Positions 31,615-42,867 of a stretch of DNA of 64,000 bases are shown here, in pieces (positions within the stretch are counted from its first letter, which is position 1; every line of letters begins with the position of its first letter). The notes beneath the pieces are model-generated. The model had not been told where the DNA came from and made no database searches. It saw only the letters and a program-made list of their open reading frames with translations. The translations under genes were made by a program, and so were the position numbers. This DNA is from a virus. The stretch lies in the IMG/VR virus record IMGVR_UViG_3300005805_009577, positions 64,001-128,000 of that record, one strand, 5' to 3'.

Positions 31615-32262
31615 ATGAAAATCAAACTAACCTTATTGCTTCTTTTTTTAGTTTTAGCTCTCGCTCTTAATGAGTACTACCAGAATAAATATAGCATAAA
31701 AAAGACTATAGAGACCGAAAAAAGCTTGTCTTTTTTAGTAGACAAAGAATTTTCCTTAATTAGAAAATCTTTAGTTCAAGGTAAATTCGAGGAAGAAATA
31801 TTAAAAATAAATAATGCCACTGTTTTAGAAAAAAAATGGAATGATTTAAATCTTTATTTAGAGAGGCCTTTAAGAAAAGACAGGTATTGGGATCTTAAAG
31901 GAAATATGATTGCTAAAATTAAAATAAATAATGATAACACAGGCAAAGAAGAAATAGAGATGAATCATAATATTGAAGTGGGAAGTTCAAATGTAAAAAT
32001 TTTAGCATCTTTAGAAAATCCTATTGAAAAAATAGGATTAACAACGCTAGAACAAGAAATTAAGTTAGAGCCTGGACAACAAAATAAAACAATTGCAAAC
32101 GTCCGTATAAAAATGAAGGTTAAAAGAATGATACCCAGCGTTATGGAAAAATATGCTCAAGAAAAGCTGGATTCTGCAGCAAACGATTATATAGAAAAAA
32201 CAAAGCATATAATAGAATCTATGCCTGAAACCAAGACAGGGATATTTATACAATTCAAATGA
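31615..32262 (+). CDS. signal-anchored hypothetical protein
   Basis: N-terminal hydrophobic LTLLLLFLVLALAL. Confidence 0.6.
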   Translation: MKIKLTLLLLFLVLALALNEYYQNKYSIKKTIETEKSLSFLVDKEFSLIRKSLVQGKFEEEILKINNATVLEKKWNDLNLYLERPLRKDRYWDLKGNMIAKIKINNDNTGKEEIEMNHNIEVGSSNVKILASLENPIEKIGLTTLEQEIKLEPGQQNKTIANVRIKMKVKRMIPSVMEKYAQEKLDSAANDYIEKTKHIIESMPETKTGIFIQFK

Positions 32263-32729
32263 ATAAAGAACAAGATTTTATAGTAAAAAATAATATTCAT
32301 AACAACTGGCAGGTTGTTCACCAGCACTTATTGCCAGAAGAAAAAGAAAAAAACTTTTGGAATCCTAAGACTTTTAATAAGTTAAGAGAATCAATATTTA
32401 ATAGGTTTAAAAATAGTATTGATGAAGAAAAAGAAGAAGATTGGATAAAATATAAAAAGCTAAATAACATTACAGATGCAAACCCCAAAAGAATAAAGTT
32501 TTGCTGGGAGACCGTTTTGCACAACGAGAAAATAAATAATAAAAATAAAATCGCTGGTGCTTCAGAGGTAGAGTTAGAATATTATGATGAAAGCAATAAA
32601 CTTGTAATAATTAAAGATCCTGTTATTGGTATAAGTTGGGATTATGACGAGCCCAAAGAAGGTTTGTGGATTGGAATTCCAGAAAAGTTGGCAGAAAAAT
32701 TTATAGCAATGGAAAGTTTTAAAAAATAA
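32259..32729 (+). CDS. hypothetical protein, IPxKLA C-terminal family
   Basis: Ends IGIPEKLAEKFIAMESFKK. Confidence 0.6.
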   Translation: MNKEQDFIVKNNIHNNWQVVHQHLLPEEKEKNFWNPKTFNKLRESIFNRFKNSIDEEKEEDWIKYKKLNNITDANPKRIKFCWETVLHNEKINNKNKIAGASEVELEYYDESNKLVIIKDPVIGISWDYDEPKEGLWIGIPEKLAEKFIAMESFKK

Positions 32730-32982
32730 ATACTATTTTAAAGCATGTATAAGCCATGCATATTAATAGTATCTTCCGCACTTTCTATTACGCCTTTAGA
32801 AAAAAATCAACCAATTAATTTAAAGGGCGATTATAGTTTAGAAGCTAAAATATATTTGGAAAAAAATCAAGAAAATAAGACAAAAAATATTAATGATATA
32901 CTTTATGAAATTATAGCAAAAGAAATTGAAGAAGGAATGCACGAAGAATCAATTGGTGAAGATTTAGAAGTTAAAAATAAAA

Positions 32983-33519
32983 ATGAAAAATGAATTTTGG
33001 TCTACTGCTAATTTTAAAAGATTGAAAAATGCACTATGGCAATTATACTGGGATGATTTTTTAATCCCTGCCTTTACCCATCGGGGCAAGGGATTTTCAG
33101 CTTCAGCCTCAGCAAGATCAGATTTTAAACATGAAGACATAGCTGCTGGTTCTTTGGCATTTGCAAACTGGAAAAAATATAAAGAAAAAAATAATATAAA
33201 GCCATCCAAGCCAAAAGTAAGAATCGAGGCTATTTATTACCCAAACAGCATAAGTGTAACTGCTGACGAGTATCGAAGTGTGGAAGAAGAGTATTACAAT
33301 AGCCAAGATGACGTTGTTGTAATACAAAATCCTCTTTATGCTTCTTTATGCACCTTGCGTGGAGTATCTAATAAATATGCAGCCAATGAATTTTTTAATC
33401 CAAATTCAACATGGGCTGAAAATGCTATCTCCACTGATTTAAATGAAAAATATATAGAAATACCAGAAAAATTTGCTAGACAGATTTTGGTTTTAAAAAG
33501 TTTTAAAATTAAGATTTGA
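32983..33519 (+). CDS. hypothetical protein, IPxKLA C-terminal family
   Basis: Ends IEIPEKFARQILVLKSFKIKI; FW...F.RL N-terminal segment shared with 32259. Confidence 0.6.
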   Translation: MKNEFWSTANFKRLKNALWQLYWDDFLIPAFTHRGKGFSASASARSDFKHEDIAAGSLAFANWKKYKEKNNIKPSKPKVRIEAIYYPNSISVTADEYRSVEEEYYNSQDDVVVIQNPLYASLCTLRGVSNKYAANEFFNPNSTWAENAISTDLNEKYIEIPEKFARQILVLKSFKIKI

Positions 33520-33860
33520 ATAATAAAAATTATATAATATAATAAACATTATGGAACAAATAATTACATTGCAAATTAGTAGAAAAGACGACACCCCAGC
33601 AAACGAATATAATTGGGCCGAACTTTTAAAATTAAATGAAGACGAAAGTGTCACGGTCATAGATCATTGGATGATTAGAGGCACTTTGCCTCCTTCTTCC
33701 GAATGCCAGAATAAATGCAAAAAAGACGAAGGTTTTGTCTCCCAAAAAACCCAGATAATAAAATGCAAAAAAGAAGGCTGTAGTTTTAAATGCAAAAAAC
33801 TACATGGGGAAAGTGACTCTTAATAAATATATGCTAAATTAAAAGACTTAATTACAAAAT

Positions 33861-33875
33861 CCTTTTTTGAGTACG
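33861..33875 (+). promoter_or_regulatory. T-run-GTACG motif copy
   Basis: ccttttttgaGTACG followed by hairpin ccggtc-gtgt-ggccgg. Confidence 0.65.
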
Positions 33876-33937
33876 TCTTAGGATTGTAGCCGGTCGTGTG
33901 GCCGGAAGGATTATAACTCTTGATAATGAGGTGATTT

Positions 33938-34177
33938 ATGGCTCGTGTTGATGCTATGTCTTTTGTGGATGCGTGGGTTAAGATTTATGAGCAGGGTGGC
34001 TCGCAGAGTGATGTTGCTCGTGAAATTGGCACTTCGGCCGCCAATGTTTCTACTCGTGCTAAGAAGTTGCGTGAGGCCGGAGTTGATCTGCCTGAACTCA
34101 AGGTTACTCGTACTGGCACTACGATTGACGTTGATTCGCTTAACGAGCGTCTTTCGGCTCGACTTGCGAAGGCTTGA
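33938..34177 (+). CDS. HTH-type DNA-binding protein (family member 2)
   Basis: SQSDVAREIGTSAANVSTRAKKLREAGVDLPEL; GAGGTG RBS. Confidence 0.75.
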   Translation: MARVDAMSFVDAWVKIYEQGGSQSDVAREIGTSAANVSTRAKKLREAGVDLPELKVTRTGTTIDVDSLNERLSARLAKA

Positions 34178-34206
34178 ACTTAAAGGGTGTAAATTTCACC
34201 CGTCCA

Positions 34207-34243
34207 CAACCCTGGGTTTTAAAAACCCAGGGTTGTTTTTTTT
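34207..34243 (+). terminator. intrinsic terminator
   Basis: caaccctgggtttt/aaaacccagggttg stem plus T-run. Confidence 0.85.
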
Positions 34244-34590
34244 ATAAACATCAAACATATGAATAATCTACTAGAAAAATTTGCCAAAGTTAAAAAAATA
34301 TCTATATTTGGGAAAAGGTGGTTTCAAAAAACATATGGAAACACTTACCATAGTTCCGAAATATATGTGAACGATAAACTTGTTCATAAAATAGAATTTT
34401 GCTATGGCTATGGAAGTCAATATGAATGGAATTCATTTACCTGGTTGAAGCAAAATGGTTATATTAAATTGTCAGAAAAAGATAAGCATTATTGCTTAGG
34501 TCGTTACTGCAGAGAAAATAATATAGAGCTTTGCAACGATGTTGTTGACGTAAACAGAAAAAAAGATCTTTAAAAGATTTAAGTGACGAG

Positions 34591-34606
34591 TCCTTTTTTG
34601 GGTACG
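34591..34606 (+). promoter_or_regulatory. T-run-GTACG motif copy
   Basis: tccttttttggGTACG upstream of 34644 (AGGAG RBS). Confidence 0.65.
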
Positions 34607-35999
34607 CCCTCTCTTTACGCAGATGGTTTACTAGGAGACAAATATGTTTAAAGCCGCTCCGGTGATATTTTTATCATTATCTTTAATTGGAAATATTGAA
34701 GGTATAAAAGAAAATAACATCAACCAAGTTAATAATGTTAATAAAAAAACTATTAAATTTTTAAATAAAAAGGCTACTTTTAAGCAACATTTAAAGGACA
34801 TAGAAAATCAATTCAACATATCTATTAAAATTGACAAACAGTCCCTTCAAAAACATGGCATTTCAATTAATCAAAGCATAGTGATTGAAGAAAAAGAATA
34901 TACATTTTCTGAATCACTGGATTTATTGACTACAAAAATTTGTATTTTTAATCGACAAAAAGTTGTTTTTTGGTCTATTGACGAAGTTAACAACGTAATG
35001 ATTTTTGGCAAATAATCAAGGAGGTTAAATTGGCTATTATTCAGTTGGTAGTTAGTACCTTGGGATTGCTTTGGTTTATTTTTGGCGATAACAGTATAGC
35101 AATTAAAAGAATGACGCCTATAAAGCAAACAAATTTGCAAATAGGAGTTATAAAACAGCCAATTCAAAATCAAAAAGCAGGAGTTCAGTGGATATACAGA
35201 GGAAGAGACAACTACTATTACTATTACAGTGATATTTCTAACACTTATTTATGCAGAGTAAATATAGTTACTGGTGCGGTTGACTATAAAATTTAGTCTT
35301 TAGTTTTATTGGCCAGCCTAATAAATGCATATGCTATAGAAAGTTCTATAAACATTATAATTGGCCAGCAAACTAATATTGGGTAAATTTGTTGCATTGT
35401 ACAATAATATAGTGATCTGACTTAAATTTTTATAGGTGTAAAATGAATAAAATTGTTTACGGAAAAGTTAGCGGAACAGGCGAATTTCCACTTGATATGC
35501 TTAGGTATGATGTTTGTTCTCCTGCTACAGAACAAGATAGTTATTTAATTTCACGCACATTTAATCTTGAATCAAGGTGTCGTGGTGTTTGGGAAATTTA
35601 TGTAAAAAGAATTCTTTTAGAGCATAAAAAAGGAATGAACACCTTCACTTATGATAGGTGGCGGAGTTTCGGCTGTAGAGTGGAAGAGACTAAGGATGGA
35701 ATTCACGGCCAACGTCAAGGAAACTTATTTTAAGGAAAAATAAATGTTTTTTGCACCAGATCATCATGCTAATATAAAGATAATGAAGTGGGTTGAATCG
35801 GCCATGCAAAGTGCCATGATAATTCAGTATGAAGTTTCAATGGGCAAAATTAATAAATGTCATTTTCAAACAATGATAAACAGCGTTTCTTACAATGTGA
35901 CCAAAGAAATTATTAAAGAAAAGACTCTATTAAGGTGCGAACCCAGCGTTAATTAGCACACAGGCTTGAAAAATTTTCACAATCTTCTATAATATTTTT

Positions 36000-36608
36000 A
36001 TGAATTCTGTTACTTTTTTAGGTGATGTTCATGGAAAGTATAAGAGACTCCATGAAATAATAAGAGAAAAAGAACGAAATCCTTTTATTGTTCAGGTTGG
36101 CGACTTTGGATTTGACTATGAAACTCTTAGAAATGTAGATCCAAAAAACTTCGTTATAGTAGGCGGAAATCACGATAATTATCAAAAAATAATTAACACT
36201 CCTCATTATTTAGGGGATTACGGATACACTAGTTTTAATGGGTTGGAATTTTTCTATTATCGGGGTGCTTATAGCATAGACAAACAATATCGAACTATTG
36301 GCATAGATTGGTGGAAAGAAGAACAGCTAAATATAGAGTTATTTATGAAAGCGAGAGAAGCATATAGAGAAATAAAACCCAAATTAATGGTAACGCATGA
36401 TTGTCCAGAATTTTTAGTAGGGCGGTATATAGGGCCGTATGGAAGAGTTTATCAAAATATTACCAACTGGGCTTTGCAAGAACTTTTTAATATACATCAG
36501 CCAGATACGTGGATTCATGGACACTATCATTTATCTAAAAAAACTATATATGATAAAACAACTTTTATATGTTTGGATGAATTAGAAGCATATAAAATGT
36601 CTTTTTAA
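36000..36608 (+). CDS. calcineurin-like metallophosphoesterase
   Basis: LGDVHG, QVGDFG, GGNHD, VTHDCP, WIHGHYH. Confidence 0.92.
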   Translation: MNSVTFLGDVHGKYKRLHEIIREKERNPFIVQVGDFGFDYETLRNVDPKNFVIVGGNHDNYQKIINTPHYLGDYGYTSFNGLEFFYYRGAYSIDKQYRTIGIDWWKEEQLNIELFMKAREAYREIKPKLMVTHDCPEFLVGRYIGPYGRVYQNITNWALQELFNIHQPDTWIHGHYHLSKKTIYDKTTFICLDELEAYKMSF

Positions 36609-36637
36609 AAAATCTTTTTAAAAAATTTTTAAATTTT

Positions 36638-36668
36638 AAACCAACTTTGTAAAAAGTTGGTTTTTTTT
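36638..36668 (+). terminator. intrinsic terminator
   Basis: aaaccaacttt/aaagttggttt stem plus T-run. Confidence 0.75.
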
Positions 36669-36714
36669 GTTACTTTAATTAATAAATAATATTAGAGTTA
36701 CATGGAGGTAAGTA

Positions 36715-37509
36715 ATGAAAAAACAATATATGTTATTTAGTTTTCCTCGTCAAGGAACTGACTTTTTTATGGATTGTCTCATTTCAAGCAATTCTAATTT
36801 GAAATATTATAGAGAGTTTTTTAATCCTATTTGTGCTGTGCCTAAATATACAAAAAAAATAAGTGAGGCATTCGGCAGCGAGAACAACTATAAAAAAATT
36901 TTTTTCTATAATGAAGATTTGTTAGAGGGTGTTTATTCCGATACTTGGAAGCTTGAAAATTTTAATATAACAAAAGAAGTTTTTAGTTTTTCTAAAATTT
37001 ATTTTTTTAAAAAACACTTTGAGCTATTTGCACTATACAGAAGTAGAAGAAATACGTTTCCGACAAGCAGACCAGATTTTATATTACCTATATTCAATTC
37101 TTTTATTGAAGAAAATTATTTTCATTTTGAAGTGAAAAATGAAATTAAAAATTATCTTAAGACTTTTTTCTTTAATAATATTGAAAAACAAGTCTTATCT
37201 CATATTTTTTGTTGGTTTTTGCAATTTCATGAAATTCAGAAAAGTGAAATAAAATTAATTCAATACTATCCTTTGATGAGCTTAGAAAAAGATGGATTAG
37301 ATGAATATTTAAATAAAAATATTCCAGAAGAATTATATAATAAAGCACTCTCAGAAAGTATAATTAAAAAAAGAAATAAAGAAATACAGCCAAAAAGATA
37401 TTGTGATTATAAAGACTTAAATGTTGAAAGTACATGTTTAAATTTTATTAAATTTTTAGAAAAGTTAAATACAGGATTAGAAGACAAATATTGGGATATG
37501 CTTGTTTAG
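36715..37509 (+). CDS. sulfotransferase-like P-loop protein
   Basis: LFSFPRQGTDFFMDCL resembles the 5'-PSB loop (PRSGT); YREFFNP. Confidence 0.55.
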   Translation: MKKQYMLFSFPRQGTDFFMDCLISSNSNLKYYREFFNPICAVPKYTKKISEAFGSENNYKKIFFYNEDLLEGVYSDTWKLENFNITKEVFSFSKIYFFKKHFELFALYRSRRNTFPTSRPDFILPIFNSFIEENYFHFEVKNEIKNYLKTFFFNNIEKQVLSHIFCWFLQFHEIQKSEIKLIQYYPLMSLEKDGLDEYLNKNIPEELYNKALSESIIKKRNKEIQPKRYCDYKDLNVESTCLNFIKFLEKLNTGLEDKYWDMLV

Positions 37510-38044
37510 TTGTTTGAAAAAAATTATTTTTTTTGTATTATTTGTTTTGCCGACCCGCCAGAGGAAATAAATTTTCAAAGGACGAAAATGAAAAAAGAAA
37601 ACTTTATTAATACAACTTTTAGTTTTATGTTTATTTTTGCGATATTGTTTGCTTTTGCCTTTGCTTATAGTTATTTTAAATATAATTTAATAGCAAATAA
37701 TAAAGGAGCATACGAAAACGAGGATAAAGAAAAACAATATCAAGAATATGAAGCTAAAATAGTTTATGAAAATTTTCCATCTTTAGAAAATGCTTCTTTA
37801 GAACAAAAAATATACTGGGAGTCGTATCAAAGAGGGAGAAAGGTGTTATTTGGACAAATGGGGGTAGAATTGAAAGATAAAAATGAAAAGCAGTTTGACT
37901 ATACTAGCATGATAAGTAAAGAAGGAATATCAGAAGAAGATAAGGCTAAATATGAAGAAATAAGGTCAAAGGCTTATGTTGACGGTTATCACAAAGCAGC
38001 AGATAGTTTTTATTGTCCTAGATAAAAGTATTAATAAATTTTTT

Positions 38045-38076
38045 AAAGCCTAGGCATTAATGCCTAGGCTTTTTTT
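38045..38076 (+). terminator. intrinsic terminator
   Basis: aagcctaggcat/atgcctaggctt stem plus T-run. Confidence 0.85.
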
Positions 38077-38100
38077 ATTTAAATTAAACTATATAATTTT

Positions 38101-39924
38101 ATGCTATTTAAAGACTGGCTCGTAATAAATGAAAATATAGAAAGTAATTTTGATTCTTGGGTTAGAAGTATACAAAAATATTCAAAACCATCTGAAGTTA
38201 TTCTGCTAAAATCTTTAGGAATATACGTTCCAGAAGATGAAAAATATCCTGGGCGAGGAGATATAGCGAACGAGTTTAATATAAGACTAAAAACTTTTAA
38301 AGAAATAATAATTAAAGTTCTTAAAAAGAAGAATCTAGAAAACTTAAATTGGTTGGCGTTTAGTGTAGGCTACTTAGTAGTCAAGACATTTCACGAAGAA
38401 GATTTGGAGCTAGCGATTGAAGTAACTAAACAAAGAATTGCCAGCGGGGAATTGCCAAAGTCAGAAATAGGATCTAAAGGATGGATGCAAATTGGAAATG
38501 AAGCTTTAGAACATGTTCAAGAGTACTTAAGACAACAACAGGAAATAAGCAATAGACAAAAAGAAAAATTGAAAAAATTAGGTGGAACTTTAGAAGAAGA
38601 TGAAAGTAAAGATTTAATACAATTGGTGGCCAAAGAAGTTTATGTAAAAGGAACTGTACGGGACGAATTAAAGTTATATAAACTTCCATCTTTAAATATA
38701 CACCCAGATTCAGTTGAACAGGCATATTCGCTGATAGCGGGAGTAATCTTGTCAAAGATAATCGCATCCCCAAAGTCTAAGATAGAATCTAGAAAAAGGT
38801 TGTTGTGTAAATACGGAAAAGGCACAGATTGGTGTACTGCAAATCCTTCTGGTGATTATGATCGATATTATATGAATAATGACATTTTTATAATGCATGA
38901 AAATAATCATCCTAAATATCAGTTTACTTCTTGTATAGACGATGGAAGAGCCGGTAGTGGCGGCAAACAATTTATGGATCCTTTAGATAGAAATGTTAGC
39001 AAAATAAAGTTAGAAGAAAAAGAGTTTTTAGAAAAGCACGCTTTAAAAGAAACCGAATGTTATATCCCTGGATTTAAAATAATTTTTTCAAGCTTAGAAA
39101 GTTATCTAAGCTCCGATGAAGATATTAAGAGAAAAATAGATCCAAAAAGTATAGTTGACTTGGTGAAAGATAAAAATTTTAAAAACGCTACAAAAAAACA
39201 ATTTATAGAACTTATATTAAACATCAACATAGACGACATACCTTCAAATGTTTTTAAGAGTTTTTTAAGAAATCTACCCGATAACTTTAATATTGACGCT
39301 TTAAATGATAAAAAAATATTTAATTCTATAGTTAAACTTCAATATGTGGACTATGAAGATTTAGATAAAAAAATAAGCAAAGAAAGACTAGAAAAGTTTT
39401 TAAACAACTATAAAAATGATTTATTTGACGATGAAATAAATCCTAAATACGAACAGGAAGTTCAGAATTCAAGAAAATCAACTATAAGAAATTTATTAAT
39501 TGCAGGGCACAGTTTAGAGTCAATGTTAAGTATATTATCTTTTTTAGTTAAAAAAATTAGCATAGGACCGGCAGAAGCCTATACCATATTCGATACAGTT
39601 ATAAGTCAAATACAAAGTGCTTTTTCTCAAAATTTAATATCGACTCCTACTGCCTTAAATTCTTTGGATTTATTTGCAAAAATTTTAGGCAAAGAAAATA
39701 TCAATAAAATTGATTTGAATAGATTTCAAGAAAGAATGAAAGTAAAACTAATACCAGAAGGAAATAAATTTAGAATAGATAAAACAGAAGATATAGGTGC
39801 AAAAAGAATCACTAAAAGTAGATTGTTGGCTTTGGGTTCTGCTAAAGATTTGATGATAAGGTTTTTAGAAAAACATGATGATAGAATAATTACTTCCTGG
39901 GAAGCAGAGTGGGATAAACAATAG
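38101..39924 (+). CDS. large candidate virion-internal protein (CKYG-WCTAN family, paralog A)
   Basis: Leader MLFKDWLVINE; N-terminal half clearly homologous to 60414..62021. Confidence 0.7.
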   Translation: MLFKDWLVINENIESNFDSWVRSIQKYSKPSEVILLKSLGIYVPEDEKYPGRGDIANEFNIRLKTFKEIIIKVLKKKNLENLNWLAFSVGYLVVKTFHEEDLELAIEVTKQRIASGELPKSEIGSKGWMQIGNEALEHVQEYLRQQQEISNRQKEKLKKLGGTLEEDESKDLIQLVAKEVYVKGTVRDELKLYKLPSLNIHPDSVEQAYSLIAGVILSKIIASPKSKIESRKRLLCKYGKGTDWCTANPSGDYDRYYMNNDIFIMHENNHPKYQFTSCIDDGRAGSGGKQFMDPLDRNVSKIKLEEKEFLEKHALKETECYIPGFKIIFSSLESYLSSDEDIKRKIDPKSIVDLVKDKNFKNATKKQFIELILNINIDDIPSNVFKSFLRNLPDNFNIDALNDKKIFNSIVKLQYVDYEDLDKKISKERLEKFLNNYKNDLFDDEINPKYEQEVQNSRKSTIRNLLIAGHSLESMLSILSFLVKKISIGPAEAYTIFDTVISQIQSAFSQNLISTPTALNSLDLFAKILGKENINKIDLNRFQERMKVKLIPEGNKFRIDKTEDIGAKRITKSRLLALGSAKDLMIRFLEKHDDRIITSWEAEWDKQ

Positions 39925-39940
39925 CATTGGGGTTAAAAGT

Positions 39941-39955
39941 CTTTCTTTGAGTACG
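39941..39955 (+). promoter_or_regulatory. T-run-GTACG motif copy
   Basis: ctttctttgaGTACG upstream of an unlisted small ORF 40007..40165 (MTLDRAAEIVK...). Confidence 0.6.
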
Positions 39956-40519
39956 CCCTCGTGTTGTCACCCGTGTTCTTTCTCACCTTAATTTAAAGGT
40001 ATAAAAATGACGCTTGACAGAGCAGCAGAAATTGTTAAGGTTCTTCCTATGGGTAGTATGAAGTTAGAATTGTTTGACCATTTTTGCGGATTGTTCAATC
40101 TTAATGAAAATAAAATTCTTAGAGACAAGTTTGTTATTGATTGTGGTTATAAGTTGGAGGGCTGAAACAAATGGAATGGAATAACTCTCATAAAAATCCC
40201 CCAACCGTTGGACAGAAGGTTTATTATTTTGGGGAGAATATCGGTATAGGGATTGGCCATTATTCATATGAAGAAAGAAGGATTATGGTTCCTTATACCT
40301 ACAATGATAAAAATGAAAAGGAATATACCAACAAAGAAATAGAACTCTGTCCCCATGTTTTTACTAATGTAAGTTTTGGAGTGGTGGATGCTTGTGATGC
40401 TCCTTTCTGGTATCCTTATGATGAAGAAAGAGCAAAAAGTTGGTGCCCTATTATTCCGAAAAAATATACAAAAGATTTGTATGATTGAAACTATATAAAA
40501 ATAGTTTTAAGGGCTAAAA

Positions 40520-41308
40520 ATGGAAAGTTTTAAACAATTTTTAAAATCTAAAAAAGCAATTGTTTATCACGTTAGCCCTAATTCTTCTATAAAAAAATTA
40601 AGGCCAACTGGTTCTCATAAGGGCCAACAAAGCATTAAAATGGGACGTGGCGGCATATATGTTGCCCCAAAGTTTAAAGATGCTGTTGCTTGGGCTACAT
40701 CTTATGTTGGCGGCAAAAAATATCATACTCAAAAACCAAATGATAGACTTAAAGAGCGAGAGTCTGGTGGTGGTTGGCACGGAGACAAAGGTCCAAAAAA
40801 TTACAAAAATCTCACTATTTACGAACTAGAAGTTCCGGAAGAATTGTTAAAAAATTCTTGGAGTAATTCTTTCTGGGAACCAGAGTATTTCATTTCTGCA
40901 GAATACATGAATCATATTAAAGTAATTAAATCTACCACGTATTCTCTTGATGAATTAATGGTGCTAGACAGGGTGAACAGTCAAAAAAGAATGGAATTGA
41001 TATCTTCTAAAGAATTAATAGAAATAAAAAGAGCAAGCAAGACAAACCAGGCTGCTCGTTACTATTTGGAACTTTTAGATTCTTATAATCAGCACTTATT
41101 AAAAGGTAAAAACCCAATAATAAATCAAGATTCAGATATTAAAAATGATCATGTAATAAGACAAAAGACAGAAAAACTAAAAGACTATATATTTTATAGT
41201 GATAATAATTGGACTAGCTTAAAAATAATAGAAAAATTAAATAAAGATCAAAAAAGAGAAGCAGAACAAATATACCAAGATGTTAAGAAGTTAATACAAA
41301 GTCTTTAG
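40520..41308 (+). CDS. putative ADP-ribosyltransferase-fold protein with internal-protein-like leader
   Basis: IVYHVS...GGIYVA...AVAWA...IYELEV...PEYFI pattern of H-Y-E ARTs; leader MESFKQFL. Confidence 0.55.
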   Translation: MESFKQFLKSKKAIVYHVSPNSSIKKLRPTGSHKGQQSIKMGRGGIYVAPKFKDAVAWATSYVGGKKYHTQKPNDRLKERESGGGWHGDKGPKNYKNLTIYELEVPEELLKNSWSNSFWEPEYFISAEYMNHIKVIKSTTYSLDELMVLDRVNSQKRMELISSKELIEIKRASKTNQAARYYLELLDSYNQHLLKGKNPIINQDSDIKNDHVIRQKTEKLKDYIFYSDNNWTSLKIIEKLNKDQKREAEQIYQDVKKLIQSL

Positions 41309-41318
41309 ATTAAAACCT

Positions 41319-41332
41319 CTTTTTTGAGTACG
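41319..41332 (+). promoter_or_regulatory. T-run-GTACG motif copy
   Basis: cttttttgaGTACG upstream of 41374. Confidence 0.65.
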
Positions 41333-41373
41333 CCCGTCTTTTGCCCCCTCGCTATATCTATAGGTAATATACA

Positions 41374-42789
41374 ATGCAAATTAAAGACGAAAACGGAAAA
41401 GTTATTGCAAGTATTGATCTTCAAGAAGGTTGCTCTATTTCCGACCTTTTAAAGAGTATTTCTTCTGGCAAGAAAGAAAAGAATTCTCTTAATACTCTCA
41501 AGGAAATTAAAGAAAGTGAAGACAAAAAGCAAATAGTTTTCAATTTTAACGATGGCTTTATATGTTATGATCTGCCTACAAAGACTTTTGTTAGGAAAAA
41601 TGGACTGAAAATTGGTGAAGGCTCCTTTAAGAGCATCAAGCTTAATCTTAAAAATAAGATTGTAACTCTAAATCATAGGGAAAGAGATACTTTCTGGCTT
41701 GAGTTAAAAGAAAAGACAGATGTTGTTTGGATTAAGACATTTTTTAGTCTTATAGACATATGGGCTAATAACAAGCATAAGCAAGGTCATTGGCAAAGTG
41801 TTAGAGATAGAAATGCCAAGAATAAAATTCAAGTCTTGACTAAAGACAAAAAGTTTTTTGACTCGCTAGAAGCATTTTCTAAGTTGACAAAAATTCAGTC
41901 TTTGAATGAAGACGATCTTAAGAGTCTTTATGATAATCTTCTTGAAATTAGCAACAAAGAAAATAAAGAAGACAAAAGTGCTCTAGGTTACAGCGTGAGA
42001 ATAAGTCCAAAAAGCACTATAGATAAATGGTTCATTGAAAGGTGTGACAAAGCTGTATCAGAAAACTATTCTAATGGCGAATCCTTAATTAATCACATGG
42101 GCGATTACATCAAGTGTAGTACGCATAAGGTAAAAGACTTATTTCAGTATGTATTTGAAGAGTACAATGGAGTGATTGCTTTTAAGCAAATAGAAAAAAT
42201 CAAGAAGTTAATTGGTTTTGGCTATGAGCCTAAAAGGTTGATGGACTATCTTTATAGAGACATTTATAATCAGGGCTTAGAATTAGATTTAGAAACTAGG
42301 TGGCATAATTCTGATTGTGCACTTTCTATGCTCTGTGATTATGCAAGCATGAATCAAGATATGAATCTAGTATATGAAAAGTATCCTAGGTATCTTTCTA
42401 CGTATCATGACGTTACGCAAAAGAATTATAAGATTGAAGAAGATAAAATAATTAAAGAAAAATTTCATAAAAGGGTTCTAGGGTTAAAAGAACAAGGATT
42501 AGAATATTCTGATAAGGAGTATTCTATTGTTCTTCCAAAGAATGGCGAAGAATTAGTTATCGAAGGACAAGATCTAAGTCATTGCGTTGCTAGTTACTAT
42601 AAACGAATGGCTTGTGGCGAAACTGCTGTCGTGTTTCTTAGAAAGAATAGCAGTATCAATCAAAGCCTTGTAACCATAGAAATTAAAGATAATGACATAG
42701 TACAAGCAAAAGGTAAAAACAACTCTAATCCGCAAGAAAAAGAAATAGAATTCATCAACAAGTATAAAAATTATTTACTAAAAAAGTAA
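41374..42789 (+). CDS. PcfJ-like domain protein (paralog B)
   Basis: YPRYLSTYHD, IVLPKNGEELVIEGQDLSHCVASY, VFLRK, SLVTIEI, VQAKGKNN. Confidence 0.8.
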   Translation: MQIKDENGKVIASIDLQEGCSISDLLKSISSGKKEKNSLNTLKEIKESEDKKQIVFNFNDGFICYDLPTKTFVRKNGLKIGEGSFKSIKLNLKNKIVTLNHRERDTFWLELKEKTDVVWIKTFFSLIDIWANNKHKQGHWQSVRDRNAKNKIQVLTKDKKFFDSLEAFSKLTKIQSLNEDDLKSLYDNLLEISNKENKEDKSALGYSVRISPKSTIDKWFIERCDKAVSENYSNGESLINHMGDYIKCSTHKVKDLFQYVFEEYNGVIAFKQIEKIKKLIGFGYEPKRLMDYLYRDIYNQGLELDLETRWHNSDCALSMLCDYASMNQDMNLVYEKYPRYLSTYHDVTQKNYKIEEDKIIKEKFHKRVLGLKEQGLEYSDKEYSIVLPKNGEELVIEGQDLSHCVASYYKRMACGETAVVFLRKNSSINQSLVTIEIKDNDIVQAKGKNNSNPQEKEIEFINKYKNYLLKK

Positions 42790-42810
42790 ATTATATAATT
42801 TAGATACAAT

Positions 42811-42842
42811 AAAAACCCTGCCAGAAATGGCAGGGTTTTTTT
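42811..42842 (+). terminator. intrinsic terminator
   Basis: aaaaccctgcca/tggcagggtttt stem. Confidence 0.85.
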
Positions 42843-42867
42843 ATAAATATAACTAAATTATATATAA

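Noticed and set aside
33945-34247. Alternative-frame 100-aa ORF
   Set aside because: Overlaps the HTH gene, which has the RBS and paralogs, and runs through its terminator
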